In this document: piece by piece, positions 10,723 to 20,817 of the stretch
Layout: every line of letters begins with the position of its first letter
Position numbering within the stretch: position 1 is the first letter of the stretch
Origin: a virus
Taxonomy: Duplodnaviria; Heunggongvirae; Uroviricota; Caudoviricetes
Strand: one strand, 5' to 3'
DNA length: 64,000 nt
Virus record (IMG/VR): IMGVR_UViG_3300033076_000838
Location: 47,836 to 111,835 of that record
The notes under the pieces: generated by a model
Told to the model about the DNA's origin: nothing
The model's input: only the letters and a program-made list of their open reading frames with translations
Databases searched by the model: none
Made by a program: the position numbers and the translations under genes

Positions 10723-12114
10723 ATGGCAGAACAACAAAAGAAAAAGATTCTTTTATTATCAGATGATTTTAGAATGTCATCTGGTATCGCGACCGTTTCA
10801 AAGGAACTTATCTTTGGAACATTAGACAAATATCATTGGGTCCAATTAGGAGCAGCAGTTCAACACCCAGAAAGTGGTAAAGAAATTGATTTAGGTGATG
10901 ATGCTAGAAAAATGACTGGTATTGCAGATGCATCAGTTAAAATCATTCCGTGGAGTGGTTATGGTGATGCTAATATTCTTCGTGAATTAATTATGAGACA
11001 TCAGCCCGATGCTATTTTACACTTTACTGACCCTCGTTATTGGAGATGGTTGTATGAGATGGAAGCAGAGGTTAGACAAAATGTTCCAATTTTCTTTTAT
11101 CACATTTGGGATGATTTACCAGACCCACAATATAATAGAGATTATTATGAATCATGTGATTGGTTAGGGTGTATTTCTAAACAAACTTATGGTATTGTAA
11201 AAAGAGTAGGACAACGTAGTGATAAACCAACATTCAAACCCCTTGAAGATTGGCAGGTTTCATATGTTCCACATGGTATAAATCCACAAACTTATTTCCC
11301 AACCGAAGTACCTGAAGGATTCCGTAAAGCTATTTTAGGTGAAAAGGATTACAAATTTGTTTTATTTTGGACAAATCGTAATATCAAACGTAAACAACCA
11401 TCAGATGTCATTTGGGCATACAAACGTTTCGTAGATGGATTACCAAACGAAGATAGAGATAAAGTTTTATTATTGATGCATACCGCACCGATAGATGAAA
11501 ACGGAACGGATTTGTTCGCAGTTAAAGAAACTATTTGTCCAGATTACGATGTAAGATTTTCACAATCTCGTATTTCACAGCAAGAGTTAAATTTCCTTCA
11601 CAATTTAGCTGATGTTACACTCAATATCGCAGGTAATGAGGGATTTGGATTAGTAACTGCAGAATCAGTAATGACAGGAACTCCAATTATCGTAAACGTA
11701 ACTGGTGGATTGCAAGACCAATGTGCGTTTAGTTTAAATGGTAAAGAATTAACAGCAGAAGATTATGTAAAGATTGGTTCGTTGCATGATGTTAGAGAAT
11801 GGAAAGATAAAGTTCAACATGGAGAATGGGTTAAACCAGTATTCAGTAAAGTTCAAACATTAGTAGGTTCAGTCCCAACTCCATATATTATCGATGATAA
11901 AGTGGATATTTACGAAGTAGCAGATGCAATTCGTTATTGGTATGATAAAACACCAGAACAACGAAAAGAAGCGGGTTTAAAAGGTAGAGAATGGATGTTA
12001 AAAGAAGATGGATTAAATACTAAGTATATGTGTAAAACACTTGTAGATGGTATGGAAACTGCTTTACAAAATTGGAAACCAAAGGAAAGATATAATCTTT
12101 ATAAATTAGTATAA
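10723..12114 (+). CDS. Glycosyltransferase, GT4 (GT-B) family
   Basis: 'YVPHGI', 'NRNIKRKQP', 'NEGFGLVTAE' Ex7E motif. Confidence 0.85.
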   Translation: MAEQQKKKILLLSDDFRMSSGIATVSKELIFGTLDKYHWVQLGAAVQHPESGKEIDLGDDARKMTGIADASVKIIPWSGYGDANILRELIMRHQPDAILHFTDPRYWRWLYEMEAEVRQNVPIFFYHIWDDLPDPQYNRDYYESCDWLGCISKQTYGIVKRVGQRSDKPTFKPLEDWQVSYVPHGINPQTYFPTEVPEGFRKAILGEKDYKFVLFWTNRNIKRKQPSDVIWAYKRFVDGLPNEDRDKVLLLMHTAPIDENGTDLFAVKETICPDYDVRFSQSRISQQELNFLHNLADVTLNIAGNEGFGLVTAESVMTGTPIIVNVTGGLQDQCAFSLNGKELTAEDYVKIGSLHDVREWKDKVQHGEWVKPVFSKVQTLVGSVPTPYIIDDKVDIYEVADAIRYWYDKTPEQRKEAGLKGREWMLKEDGLNTKYMCKTLVDGMETALQNWKPKERYNLYKLV

Positions 12115-12115
12115 A

Positions 12116-12541
12116 ATGAAAGTAAAAATAAAAAAGTTACACCCCGATGCAATTATTCCTAAATATGCAAAAGAAAGTGATGCTGGATTGGATTTAGTTG
12201 CTACATCAATTATATCAGAAACTCCAACACAAATTACATATGGATTGGGTATTGCATTAGAAATACCAGAAGGATTTGTAGGTTTGGTGTTTCCACGTTC
12301 ATCAATTAGAAAAACCGAATTAATTTTAAGTAATTCAGTCGGAGTAATTGATGCCGGATATAGAGGAGAATTACAAGCAACATTTAATAAATTGCATGGT
12401 GGAGATTCTGAATCTTACAAAGTAGGAGAAAGAGTTTGCCAAATTATCATAATTCCACATCCACAAGTAGAATTATTAGAGGTAGATGAATTATCTGATT
12501 CTGATAGAGGAACTGGTGGGTTTGGTTCAACCGGTAAGTAA
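12116..12541 (+). CDS. dut: Trimeric dUTPase
   Basis: 'DAGLDL', 'PRSS', 'GVIDAGYRGE', 'RGTGGFGSTG' motifs. Confidence 0.97.
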   Translation: MKVKIKKLHPDAIIPKYAKESDAGLDLVATSIISETPTQITYGLGIALEIPEGFVGLVFPRSSIRKTELILSNSVGVIDAGYRGELQATFNKLHGGDSESYKVGERVCQIIIIPHPQVELLEVDELSDSDRGTGGFGSTGK

Positions 12542-12542
12542 G

Positions 12543-12815
12543 ATGAGTAAACCGATATTCATAATAAGACTTCCTAGTGATTGGGGACAAGAACGAATAG
12601 AAAAAGTTCGTGAAAGTATCTATAAAACACAAGGATTAGTAGATGATTATTTTATATTTGTATTGGGGGATTCGGAAGTAGAGAACGTAAAGTTTGAAAT
12701 GTTTAATTCACCACATACATCAGATACATTACAAAACATCACAAAATTAGCAGAAATGTCAATCGAACGATGTATAAAACAAGAAGAACAACGAAAAAGA
12801 TTAAGAAATGAGTAA
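12543..12815 (+). CDS. Hypothetical protein
   Basis: ORF; start reassigned to ATG 12543, just after the dut stop. Confidence 0.6.
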   Translation: MSKPIFIIRLPSDWGQERIEKVRESIYKTQGLVDDYFIFVLGDSEVENVKFEMFNSPHTSDTLQNITKLAEMSIERCIKQEEQRKRLRNE

Positions 12816-14067
12816 ACCATTATTAGTATTTCAAGCACCTGTTGCTACAAGAAGTGGATATGGTGACCACGCTAGAGATTTATTACAAAGCCTTTTTGAT
12901 TTGGATAAATACGATGTAAAAATTATTCCAACACGATGGGGTAATACACCACAAAACCAAATTGATGCAACTACCGAATTTGGACAAAAGGTTTTAAATA
13001 ACATCATAACAAATTTAGATAAACAACCAGATGTATATGTTCAAGTGACAGTTGCAAATGAATTCCAAGCAATCGGTAAATACAATATTGGTATAACTGC
13101 AGGTGTTGAAACTACAATTGCACCAAAAGAATTCATAGATGGTTGTAATAAGATGGATTTAATTTTAGTTCCATCTGAATTTACTAAAAAAGTATTAGAA
13201 TCAACATCATTTAGTGAGGTAGATAAAAGAACTAACCAAAAAATTAGAGATATACAAATTACAAAACCGATTGAGGTTCTTTTTGAAGGTGTAGATTTAG
13301 ATATTTTTGGAAAGAAAGCAGAATTAGATGTATTGAAAGAAATCCAAACTGATTTTAATTTCTTATTCGTAGGACATTGGTTAAGTGGAGATTTGGGAGA
13401 AGATAGAAAGGATGTAGGTATGTTAATTAAAACATTCTGCACAATCTTTAAAAATACACCAAAGGATAAACAACCTGGTTTGATTCTAAAAACATCAACT
13501 GCAGGATTTAGTGTGATGGATAGGGAACAAATTTCAAAAAAGATTACCGATTTAACATACGAATATGGAAAACAATGTCCTCCTATATATTTATTATTTG
13601 GAGATATGACACCATCTGAAATTGCTAATTTATACCAACATCCAAAAGTGAAAGCAATGGTTTCATTTACAAAAGGTGAGGGGTATGGTAGACCACTTGC
13701 AGAATTTGCAACAACAGGTAAACCAATTATAGTTTCAAAGTGGAGTGGACATGTTGATTTCTTACCAGAAGCAAATACGTTATATTTAGATGGACAATTA
13801 ACAAAAGTTCATCCATCTGCAACTAATCAGTTTTTATTAGGAGAATCTAGTTGGTTCACTGTCAATTACTCCAATGCAGCACAAAAGATGTTAGATGTAT
13901 TTAAGAATTATTCAAAAAATTTAGAAACATCTAAAGGTTTAAAAACAAATATTGAAACCAAGTTCTCGTTAAGTAAAATGACCGAAGAAATGGGTAAAAT
14001 TTTTGGTAAATATGTAAAGACAACCGAACATATTCCATTAAAATTGCCTGAAATTAAGAAATTATAA
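12808..14067 (+). CDS. Glycosyltransferase, GT4 (GT-B) family
   Basis: 'SGYGDHAR', 'FLFVGHW', 'GEGYGRPLAE' Ex7E motif. Confidence 0.85.
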   Translation: MSKPLLVFQAPVATRSGYGDHARDLLQSLFDLDKYDVKIIPTRWGNTPQNQIDATTEFGQKVLNNIITNLDKQPDVYVQVTVANEFQAIGKYNIGITAGVETTIAPKEFIDGCNKMDLILVPSEFTKKVLESTSFSEVDKRTNQKIRDIQITKPIEVLFEGVDLDIFGKKAELDVLKEIQTDFNFLFVGHWLSGDLGEDRKDVGMLIKTFCTIFKNTPKDKQPGLILKTSTAGFSVMDREQISKKITDLTYEYGKQCPPIYLLFGDMTPSEIANLYQHPKVKAMVSFTKGEGYGRPLAEFATTGKPIIVSKWSGHVDFLPEANTLYLDGQLTKVHPSATNQFLLGESSWFTVNYSNAAQKMLDVFKNYSKNLETSKGLKTNIETKFSLSKMTEEMGKIFGKYVKTTEHIPLKLPEIKKL

Positions 14068-14588
14068 TGAGAAATTTCACAGCACAATACAAAGAAATTT
14101 TAACACCAGAAGTGAGGGTTGGTAAAAATCAAATTTTACCAAGAAACATCTATCGTATATCAACATACAAAGATGGTGTTCCTCCTACAAAAGTTGGTTT
14201 AGAATCTCGTTATGTGTTTGTGTTAGGTAAAGTTGCAGGTAAGATACATTGTCTATTATTGACACATATCTTACCTGATAATTTTATATCTCTATTGAAT
14301 AAGTTAAGAAATAAATCAAAACCTATTCAACCAAATCAACCATTAGATGAGTTATTAAAATTACTCCCACGTGATGGTAGACAACTTTTTGAAAGTTATA
14401 TTAAAAACAACCCAAAAGTATATTCATCAGCATTAGATAATTACCGAACATATTTTATTGATAAGATTCAAAATGTTTGGGAAATTCGTTTTGAAGAAGG
14501 ATTCTTGCAAGATTTATTTAAAGAAGGAAACACTACATCAACAAGACGTGCTGAGATTAAAAAAGAAATAAACGAAAACGATGGCTAG
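14067..14588 (+). CDS. Hypothetical protein
   Basis: 173 aa ORF translationally coupled on both sides. Confidence 0.6.
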   Translation: MRNFTAQYKEILTPEVRVGKNQILPRNIYRISTYKDGVPPTKVGLESRYVFVLGKVAGKIHCLLLTHILPDNFISLLNKLRNKSKPIQPNQPLDELLKLLPRDGRQLFESYIKNNPKVYSSALDNYRTYFIDKIQNVWEIRFEEGFLQDLFKEGNTTSTRRAEIKKEINENDG

Positions 14589-15213
14589 TATTAGTTACGC
14601 AATTACTGTCTGCAATGAGTTAGAAGAAATAACTACGTTGTTGAATTTTTTACAATTACACATAAGACCCGAAGATGAAATTGTAATTCAATATGATGAA
14701 ACATCTGCTACACAAGAAGTTAAAGAATATTTGAATGTAATGGATATGATACAAGATAATCATAAGGTTATATCATTTCCATTAAATAATGATTTTGCAT
14801 CATTCAAAAATAATTTAAAATCACACTGCAGTAAAGATTATATCTTTCAAATTGATGCAGATGAAGTTCCCCACGAATACTTAATCGAAATTTTAGGAGA
14901 TGTATTAGAAACAAATGCAGTTGATATTGTATTTGTTCCTCGTGTAAATACTGTCAAAGGTTTAACACAAGACCATATTCAAAAATGGAGATGGAGTGTA
15001 AACGAAAAAGGATGGGTTAATTTTCCAGATTATCAAACAAGAATTTATAAAAATACCGATGATGTAGTTTGGATGAATAAAGTTCACGAACAAATTACAG
15101 GTTATAATACATTCTCAAATTTCCCAGCAGAAGAACAATTCTCTCTATATCACCACAAAGATATTGTAAGACAAGAAAAACAAAATAATTATTATTCTGA
15201 ATTACAAAAATAA
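14581..15213 (+). CDS. Glycosyltransferase family 2
   Basis: 'ISYAITVCNE', 'IDADE' DxD, 'PDYQTRI', 'VHE'. Confidence 0.85.
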   Translation: MASISYAITVCNELEEITTLLNFLQLHIRPEDEIVIQYDETSATQEVKEYLNVMDMIQDNHKVISFPLNNDFASFKNNLKSHCSKDYIFQIDADEVPHEYLIEILGDVLETNAVDIVFVPRVNTVKGLTQDHIQKWRWSVNEKGWVNFPDYQTRIYKNTDDVVWMNKVHEQITGYNTFSNFPAEEQFSLYHHKDIVRQEKQNNYYSELQK

Positions 15214-15965
15214 TGAGTAAAAATTTAATATTCATACCGGCGTATAATGGGTTTGATACTGAATGGCCGGAAGGTATTGAAAGTTGGAAATACTATTGTA
15301 AAAAATGGGATATTCAATTAATTATTGCTAATGAAAAAAAAGAATATGATTTCGAGCCGTGGGGTAATGGATGTTATGAGCCCTGGTATGATGAGAGATT
15401 GGTTGAGTTAGATTACGATAAGGTTATTTTGGTTGATTCTGATACGATGATACGATTTGATGCACCGAATATATTTGAGGTTGCAAAGGATTACGAGATG
15501 GCAATGGTTAGAGATGCTGGAGGCCCCAATACTGGTAAATATCATTTAGACCAATGGGTTGGATTAAATCCAAATATAAAAACACCAGCAATGAATTATT
15601 GTAATACTGGTTTTGTATTTATGACAAAAGAAAAGTATTTAGCAATTAGAAAAGAAATGCCGAAATACCATGAGTATTGGGCATCATTCTATAAAGTAGG
15701 TCCTACTGGTCCAAATGCATGTGAACAAACACCTGTAAACATTATTATGTATGATTTGTATTGTAATGATGAAGGGTATTTAGATAACGGGATTAAATTC
15801 TTAGGATGGGAATGGAACAATATGGTAATGAGTAAATACGATGATGGTTCATTCATAAATGATTCATATGTATGGCACTTTACTGGTCCTAAAATGGGTG
15901 GGCATATTAATAAGAAAAATATTATAAAACAAATTTGGGAACATGTCAAACAACACTACAAATAA
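15213..15965 (+). CDS. GT-A fold glycosyltransferase (GT8-like)
   Basis: 'VDSDTM' DxD, 'NTGFV', 'EQTPVN', 'HFTG'. Confidence 0.7.
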   Translation: MSKNLIFIPAYNGFDTEWPEGIESWKYYCKKWDIQLIIANEKKEYDFEPWGNGCYEPWYDERLVELDYDKVILVDSDTMIRFDAPNIFEVAKDYEMAMVRDAGGPNTGKYHLDQWVGLNPNIKTPAMNYCNTGFVFMTKEKYLAIRKEMPKYHEYWASFYKVGPTGPNACEQTPVNIIMYDLYCNDEGYLDNGIKFLGWEWNNMVMSKYDDGSFINDSYVWHFTGPKMGGHINKKNIIKQIWEHVKQHYK

Positions 15966-16698
15966 ATTACCAATTTCAATAGGAATACTTGCATGGCATT
16001 CAGGTCAGGTACTGGTAGACACTTTGACAACTTATTATCAAAATGGGTTGTTGGATATGGTAAACGATGTTACTATTCTTTTTCAAGAAGTAACGGAAGA
16101 AGATGTTAAAATCGCATCACATTTTGGAATTGATTGCATTGGATTACAACAAAATATTGGTATTGGTAAAGCATTCAAACGTTTAACTGAAAATGCACAA
16201 ACTGATTATGTTTTAATTTTAGAGCATGATTGGAATTTGATTGAAGATAGAGAAACTACTTATAAAACATTAAGTCAAAGTATTTCGGCAATAGAAATGG
16301 GATTGGATGTAGTAAGATTAAGACATAGAAAAGACCCAGGTCATCCACATTTTTCATTTCAATATAAAGGTAGAGAATTGACTTATTATGATGATTGGCA
16401 TGAGGTTACATCACCACATCTTTTAGATTCGGTGCATTGGTGTGAACCTGATATTGAATTTCCAGAACAAATTCAAAAAATAGCAGATATGTTTTATACC
16501 ACATCTCGTTATGGTAATTGGACAAATAATCCATGTCTTTATAGAAAAGAATTTTATTTAAATACTATTGAACCATTTATGGGCGAGGGTATTGATTTAG
16601 AAAGAAAGATTGCTTATTGGTGGCCAAGACAGAATTTTAAAGTTGGACATAATGAGGGATTATTTAAACATAACGATTGGGTAAAATACGGCAAATGA
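15943..16698 (+). CDS. GT2-like glycosyltransferase
   Basis: 'NIGIG', 'YVLILEHDW' motif. Confidence 0.6.
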   Translation: MSNNTTNKLPISIGILAWHSGQVLVDTLTTYYQNGLLDMVNDVTILFQEVTEEDVKIASHFGIDCIGLQQNIGIGKAFKRLTENAQTDYVLILEHDWNLIEDRETTYKTLSQSISAIEMGLDVVRLRHRKDPGHPHFSFQYKGRELTYYDDWHEVTSPHLLDSVHWCEPDIEFPEQIQKIADMFYTTSRYGNWTNNPCLYRKEFYLNTIEPFMGEGIDLERKIAYWWPRQNFKVGHNEGLFKHNDWVKYGK

Positions 16699-18062
16699 CA
16701 AAATTAATTATATTTGATTTAGATGGTGTTTTAGTAGAAGCAAAGAAAATACACTTTGATACTTTTAATCAAGCTCTTAGAGAAGTTGCTAAAAGTGAAA
16801 AATATGTCATATCAGAAGCAGAACATCTTTCAATTTACGATGGTTTAAAAACCAATCAAAAATTAGAACTACTAACTAAAAACAAAGGATTACAAAGCGA
16901 TACTTACGATTGGGTATGGAATAGAAAACAACAACTTACAATTGAAGCAATTTCAGAATTACAATCCGATATAGATAAGATTGAATTGTTTAAAGAACTT
17001 CGTAATAGAGGTTATAAATTAGCAGTTGCATCTAACTCAATCAGACGTTCGGTATTAGTAATGTTAGCAAAGATAGGGATTATTGAGTATATGGATTTAA
17101 TCATCTCTAATGAGGATGTAAAGAATTCTAAACCACATCCTGAAATGTATTGGAAGGCAATGAGTATGATGGGATGTTTACCAGAAGAAACCCTTATCGT
17201 AGAAGATTCACCACATGGATTATTGGCTGCAAGTAGAAGTAGAGCAAATATTTTGAGAGTGGATAATCCATCTGATTTAACATTAGAAAAAATAGAAAAC
17301 AAATTAAACGAAAATAAAACTATGAGTATTCCAAAATGGCAAGGCGGTAAAATGAATGTTCTTATACCAATGGCAGGAGCAGGAAGTAGATTCCAACAGG
17401 CAGGATATACATTTCCAAAACCTTTAATTGAGGTTGAAGGAAAACCTATGATACAAGTTGTAGTTGATAATCTTAATATCGATGCAACGTTTATTTATGT
17501 GGTTCAAAAAGAACATAGAGAAAAATACAATTTAGATACTCTTTTAAATTTAATCACTCCAAATTGTAAAATTGTGGAGGTAGATGGTTTAACGGAAGGT
17601 GCAGCATGTACAACACTTTTAGCAAAAGAATTCATTAATTCTGATGCTCCATTAGTTATGGCAAATTCTGACCAATTCTTAGAATGGGATTCGAATGAGT
17701 TTATGTACAAAATGATTGAACAAGAAGTTGATGGTGGTATCGTAACATTTCACGCAACACATCCTAAGTGGTCATTCGCTAAAGTGGATGAATATGGATA
17801 TGTAACGGAAGTTGCTGAAAAGAACCCAATTTCTGATATTGCAACTGTCGGTGTTTATTATTGGGCAAAGGGGTCTGATTATGTAAAATATGCAGAACAA
17901 ATGATTGAAAAAAATATCAGAACCAATAACGAATTTTATACTTGTCCAGTATTTAATGAAGCAATTGGTGATGATAAAAAGATAAAAACATTCAATATCG
18001 ATAAGATGTGGGGATTGGGAACACCAGAAGATTTAAAATATTATTTGGAAAATCATAAATAA
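16695..18062 (+). CDS. Fusion of HAD-IA phosphatase and sugar-phosphate nucleotidyltransferase
   Basis: N-half 'IFDLDGVL', 'KPHP', 'VEDS'; C-half 'LIPMAGAGSRF', 'PKPLI', 'WGLGTPEDL'. Confidence 0.85.
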   Translation: MTKLIIFDLDGVLVEAKKIHFDTFNQALREVAKSEKYVISEAEHLSIYDGLKTNQKLELLTKNKGLQSDTYDWVWNRKQQLTIEAISELQSDIDKIELFKELRNRGYKLAVASNSIRRSVLVMLAKIGIIEYMDLIISNEDVKNSKPHPEMYWKAMSMMGCLPEETLIVEDSPHGLLAASRSRANILRVDNPSDLTLEKIENKLNENKTMSIPKWQGGKMNVLIPMAGAGSRFQQAGYTFPKPLIEVEGKPMIQVVVDNLNIDATFIYVVQKEHREKYNLDTLLNLITPNCKIVEVDGLTEGAACTTLLAKEFINSDAPLVMANSDQFLEWDSNEFMYKMIEQEVDGGIVTFHATHPKWSFAKVDEYGYVTEVAEKNPISDIATVGVYYWAKGSDYVKYAEQMIEKNIRTNNEFYTCPVFNEAIGDDKKIKTFNIDKMWGLGTPEDLKYYLENHK

Positions 18063-18075
18063 TTTCGTATATTTG
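18044..18075 (+). promoter_or_regulatory. Bacteroidetes-type promoter
   Basis: TTTG 18044-18047, 20 nt spacer, TATATTTG 18068-18075. Confidence 0.75.
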
Positions 18076-18079
18076 TATA

Positions 18080-18769
18080 ATGAAAGTAGCATTATTATTA
18101 AGTGGATTGCCAAGAAGAGTTAGTGAAGGTTATGAACACACTTGGAAACATATTATAGAAAACTATGATACTGATGTCTATTTACATGCGTGGAAAGATG
18201 AAGAATGGGAAAAGGTAAGTGAAATATACCCCAATGCCAAATCTATACAAATACAACAACCATTTAAATTTACAAAATACAAAGAAGGTATAAAATTACC
18301 ACATTCGGATAAATCAAGACCATTACCACAATATGATGTGATGAGTTGTTTCAGACAATTACCCATGTTTTATAGTTGGCAGATGGGATATAAACCCATA
18401 TACGATTCTACGATTGATTATGATGTGGTTATTCGTAGTAGATATGATTTGGGAGTAAAACATTCAATTAATTTAGAATCATATGGGATGGATGTGATTA
18501 ATCATGCAGATATTACCGGTGGATTTTTTGATGATAATTTATGTATTACTAATAAAGAAAATGCAGATAAATTATTTAAAAATATTTTTGATGATGTAAT
18601 TTCAAATGGTAAAGAAACCGGTGTATTGAATAGTGCAGAAAGTAGTTGGACAACTATGTTAGAAAAATATGAACTAAAACATTTAGCAATAAGGCATCAA
18701 ACATTAAATTTTCATTTATTAAGAGAAAATAAACTTTGGTGGGGGGATGAAAACGGAAATATATTATGA
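18080..18769 (+). CDS. Putative glycosyltransferase-like protein (capsule-cluster type, RxD motif)
   Basis: 'KVALLLSGLPR', 'DVYLHAW', 'VIRSRYDL'; paralogue-like to the ORF at 20801. Confidence 0.5.
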   Translation: MKVALLLSGLPRRVSEGYEHTWKHIIENYDTDVYLHAWKDEEWEKVSEIYPNAKSIQIQQPFKFTKYKEGIKLPHSDKSRPLPQYDVMSCFRQLPMFYSWQMGYKPIYDSTIDYDVVIRSRYDLGVKHSINLESYGMDVINHADITGGFFDDNLCITNKENADKLFKNIFDDVISNGKETGVLNSAESSWTTMLEKYELKHLAIRHQTLNFHLLRENKLWWGDENGNIL

Positions 18770-19203
18770 AACTAATATCACATAGAGGAAACTTAAATGG
18801 TAAATTACCACAAAACGAAAATCATCCAGATTATATCGATGAAGCAATTCATGCAGGATATGATGTGGAAATTGATGTTTGGTTAAACGATGGTGTTTTA
18901 TATTTAGGTCATGATTCAATTCAATATGAAATAACTCCACTTTGGTTAAATCAAAGAGTTGGTAAATTATGGATTCATTGCAAAAATACTGATGCAATTG
19001 AATATTTTCATAAGATTGGAGGATTTAATTATTTTTGGCATCAAGAAGATACACTAACACTTACATCTCGTGGACATCTTTGGGTATATCCCGGCAAACA
19101 ACCTGTTAAAGGTAGTATCGCAGTAATGCCAGAATTGTTTAATGATGATGTATCTAAATGTTATGGAGTGTGTTCTGATTATATAGCAAATTACAAAAAA
19201 TAA
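18766..19203 (+). CDS. Glycerophosphodiester phosphodiesterase-like protein
   Basis: 'ISHRGN', 'DVEIDVW', 'LGHD', 'WIHCKN'. Confidence 0.75.
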   Translation: MKLISHRGNLNGKLPQNENHPDYIDEAIHAGYDVEIDVWLNDGVLYLGHDSIQYEITPLWLNQRVGKLWIHCKNTDAIEYFHKIGGFNYFWHQEDTLTLTSRGHLWVYPGKQPVKGSIAVMPELFNDDVSKCYGVCSDYIANYKK

Positions 19204-19207
19204 AGAT

Positions 19208-20398
19208 ATGAAAAAAATAAATACACCGATTCAATTGTTTAAAGTGCATATGAATCCCAACGCAAAAATTGAGGTTGGTAAAGTATTAGATAGTGGTTAC
19301 ATAGGACAAGGACCAAAGGTAGATGAATTTGAAGAAAAGTTAAATGAATATTTTAATTCAGATAGAGTTGTAACACTTAATTCAGGTACATCAGGTCTTC
19401 ATCTTGCATTACACTTATTAAAAAAACCATCAAATATAGCAATTGCAGACGGATATTCGGTGTATGAAAGAAACTGGCCGGGAATTCAAGATGGTGATGA
19501 AGTTTTAGCAACTGCTTTAACTTGTACTGCATCAAACTGGCCTATCCTTGCAAACGGATTGAAAATCAAATGGGTAGATATTGATGAGAAAACTCTTAAT
19601 ATGGATTTGGATGATTTGGAAAGAAAAATCACACCAAAAACAAAAGCAATCATTGCAGTGCATTGGGGTGGGTATCCGTTGGATTTAGATAGATTAAAAC
19701 AAATTCAAAATAAATCATTTGAATTATACGGATTCAGACCAGCCATTATCGAAGATGGTGCACATTCATTCGGTTCTGAATATAAAGGAAAGAAATTAGG
19801 TAATCATGGTAATATGGTTATGTATTCTTTACAGGCAATTAAACACATTACTGCAATCGATGGTGGATTGTTAGTATTACCACATCAAGAACTTTACAAT
19901 AGAGCAAAGTTGATTCGTTGGTATGGTATTGATAGAGGTGGTAATAGAAAAGATTTCCGTTGTGAAGCAGATATTGTTGAGTGGGGATTCAAATTCCATA
20001 TGAATGATGTTTGTGCAACTGTCGGTATTGAGAATTTAAAAGATGCAGATACTATTATTGGTAAACATAGAGAGAATGCCAAATTCTACGATGAGAACTT
20101 AAAAGGTGTAAATGGGGTAACTCTTTTAGAAAGAAACCCAGACCATAATTCTGCATTTTGGATTTATAGTTTGTTAGTTGAAAATAGAGATGGATTCTAT
20201 AAACATATGAAAGATTGTGGTATTGTAGTATCACAAGTGCATGAAAGAAACGATAAACATACTGCGGTAAAAGAATTCAGAAGTCCTCTACCAACATTAG
20301 ATAGAGTATTACCAAAAGTGGTTTCAATACCAGTAGGTTGGTGGGTAACTCCGGAAGAAAGACAATATATCGTTGATTGTATCAAAAAAGGTTGGTAA
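19208..20398 (+). CDS. DegT/DnrJ/EryC1/StrS PLP-dependent sugar aminotransferase
   Basis: 'NSGTSGLHLAL', 'IIEDGAHSFG', 'YSLQAIKHITAIDGG' with PLP lysine. Confidence 0.92.
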   Translation: MKKINTPIQLFKVHMNPNAKIEVGKVLDSGYIGQGPKVDEFEEKLNEYFNSDRVVTLNSGTSGLHLALHLLKKPSNIAIADGYSVYERNWPGIQDGDEVLATALTCTASNWPILANGLKIKWVDIDEKTLNMDLDDLERKITPKTKAIIAVHWGGYPLDLDRLKQIQNKSFELYGFRPAIIEDGAHSFGSEYKGKKLGNHGNMVMYSLQAIKHITAIDGGLLVLPHQELYNRAKLIRWYGIDRGGNRKDFRCEADIVEWGFKFHMNDVCATVGIENLKDADTIIGKHRENAKFYDENLKGVNGVTLLERNPDHNSAFWIYSLLVENRDGFYKHMKDCGIVVSQVHERNDKHTAVKEFRSPLPTLDRVLPKVVSIPVGWWVTPEERQYIVDCIKKGW

Positions 20399-20817
20399 TG
20401 AATTTAAGACAATTATCCATATTGGATTTACCATTTTTGTTAGAAGTTAGAAATGATGAAACAACAAGAGTAAATTTAGAAAACGATTCGGTATTTACGT
20501 TAGCACAATGTGAAGAATGGTTTTTGATTAGGAAACCAAAATGGTTTATAATTGAAATTGATGGTAATAGGGTTGGATATATCAGAACAAATGGTGTTGA
20601 GGTTGGCATAGATATTCATCCAAATTATAGAAGAAATGGATATGCAAGAGAGGCATATAAACTTTATTTAAAAGATAAAGAATACGCAACACTTTGGGTA
20701 TTTGTTGATAATTTTGCTAAAATCCTTTATACTGAATTGGGATTTGTAGAAAACGGAAACGTAAAAACTATCAGAGGTAGAGATTACATACAAATGGTTT
20801 ATGAAAATAGGAATTAA
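20398..20817 (+). CDS. GNAT N-acetyltransferase
   Basis: 'IDIHPNYRRNGYA' acetyl-CoA motif A; 'LYTELGF'. Confidence 0.85.
   Translation: MNLRQLSILDLPFLLEVRNDETTRVNLENDSVFTLAQCEEWFLIRKPKWFIIEIDGNRVGYIRTNGVEVGIDIHPNYRRNGYAREAYKLYLKDKEYATLWVFVDNFAKILYTELGFVENGNVKTIRGRDYIQMVYENRN

Noticed and set aside
14067-14588. T4 gp2 DNA end-protector homologue
   Set aside because: Only a vague resemblance; diagnostic motif not convincingly present
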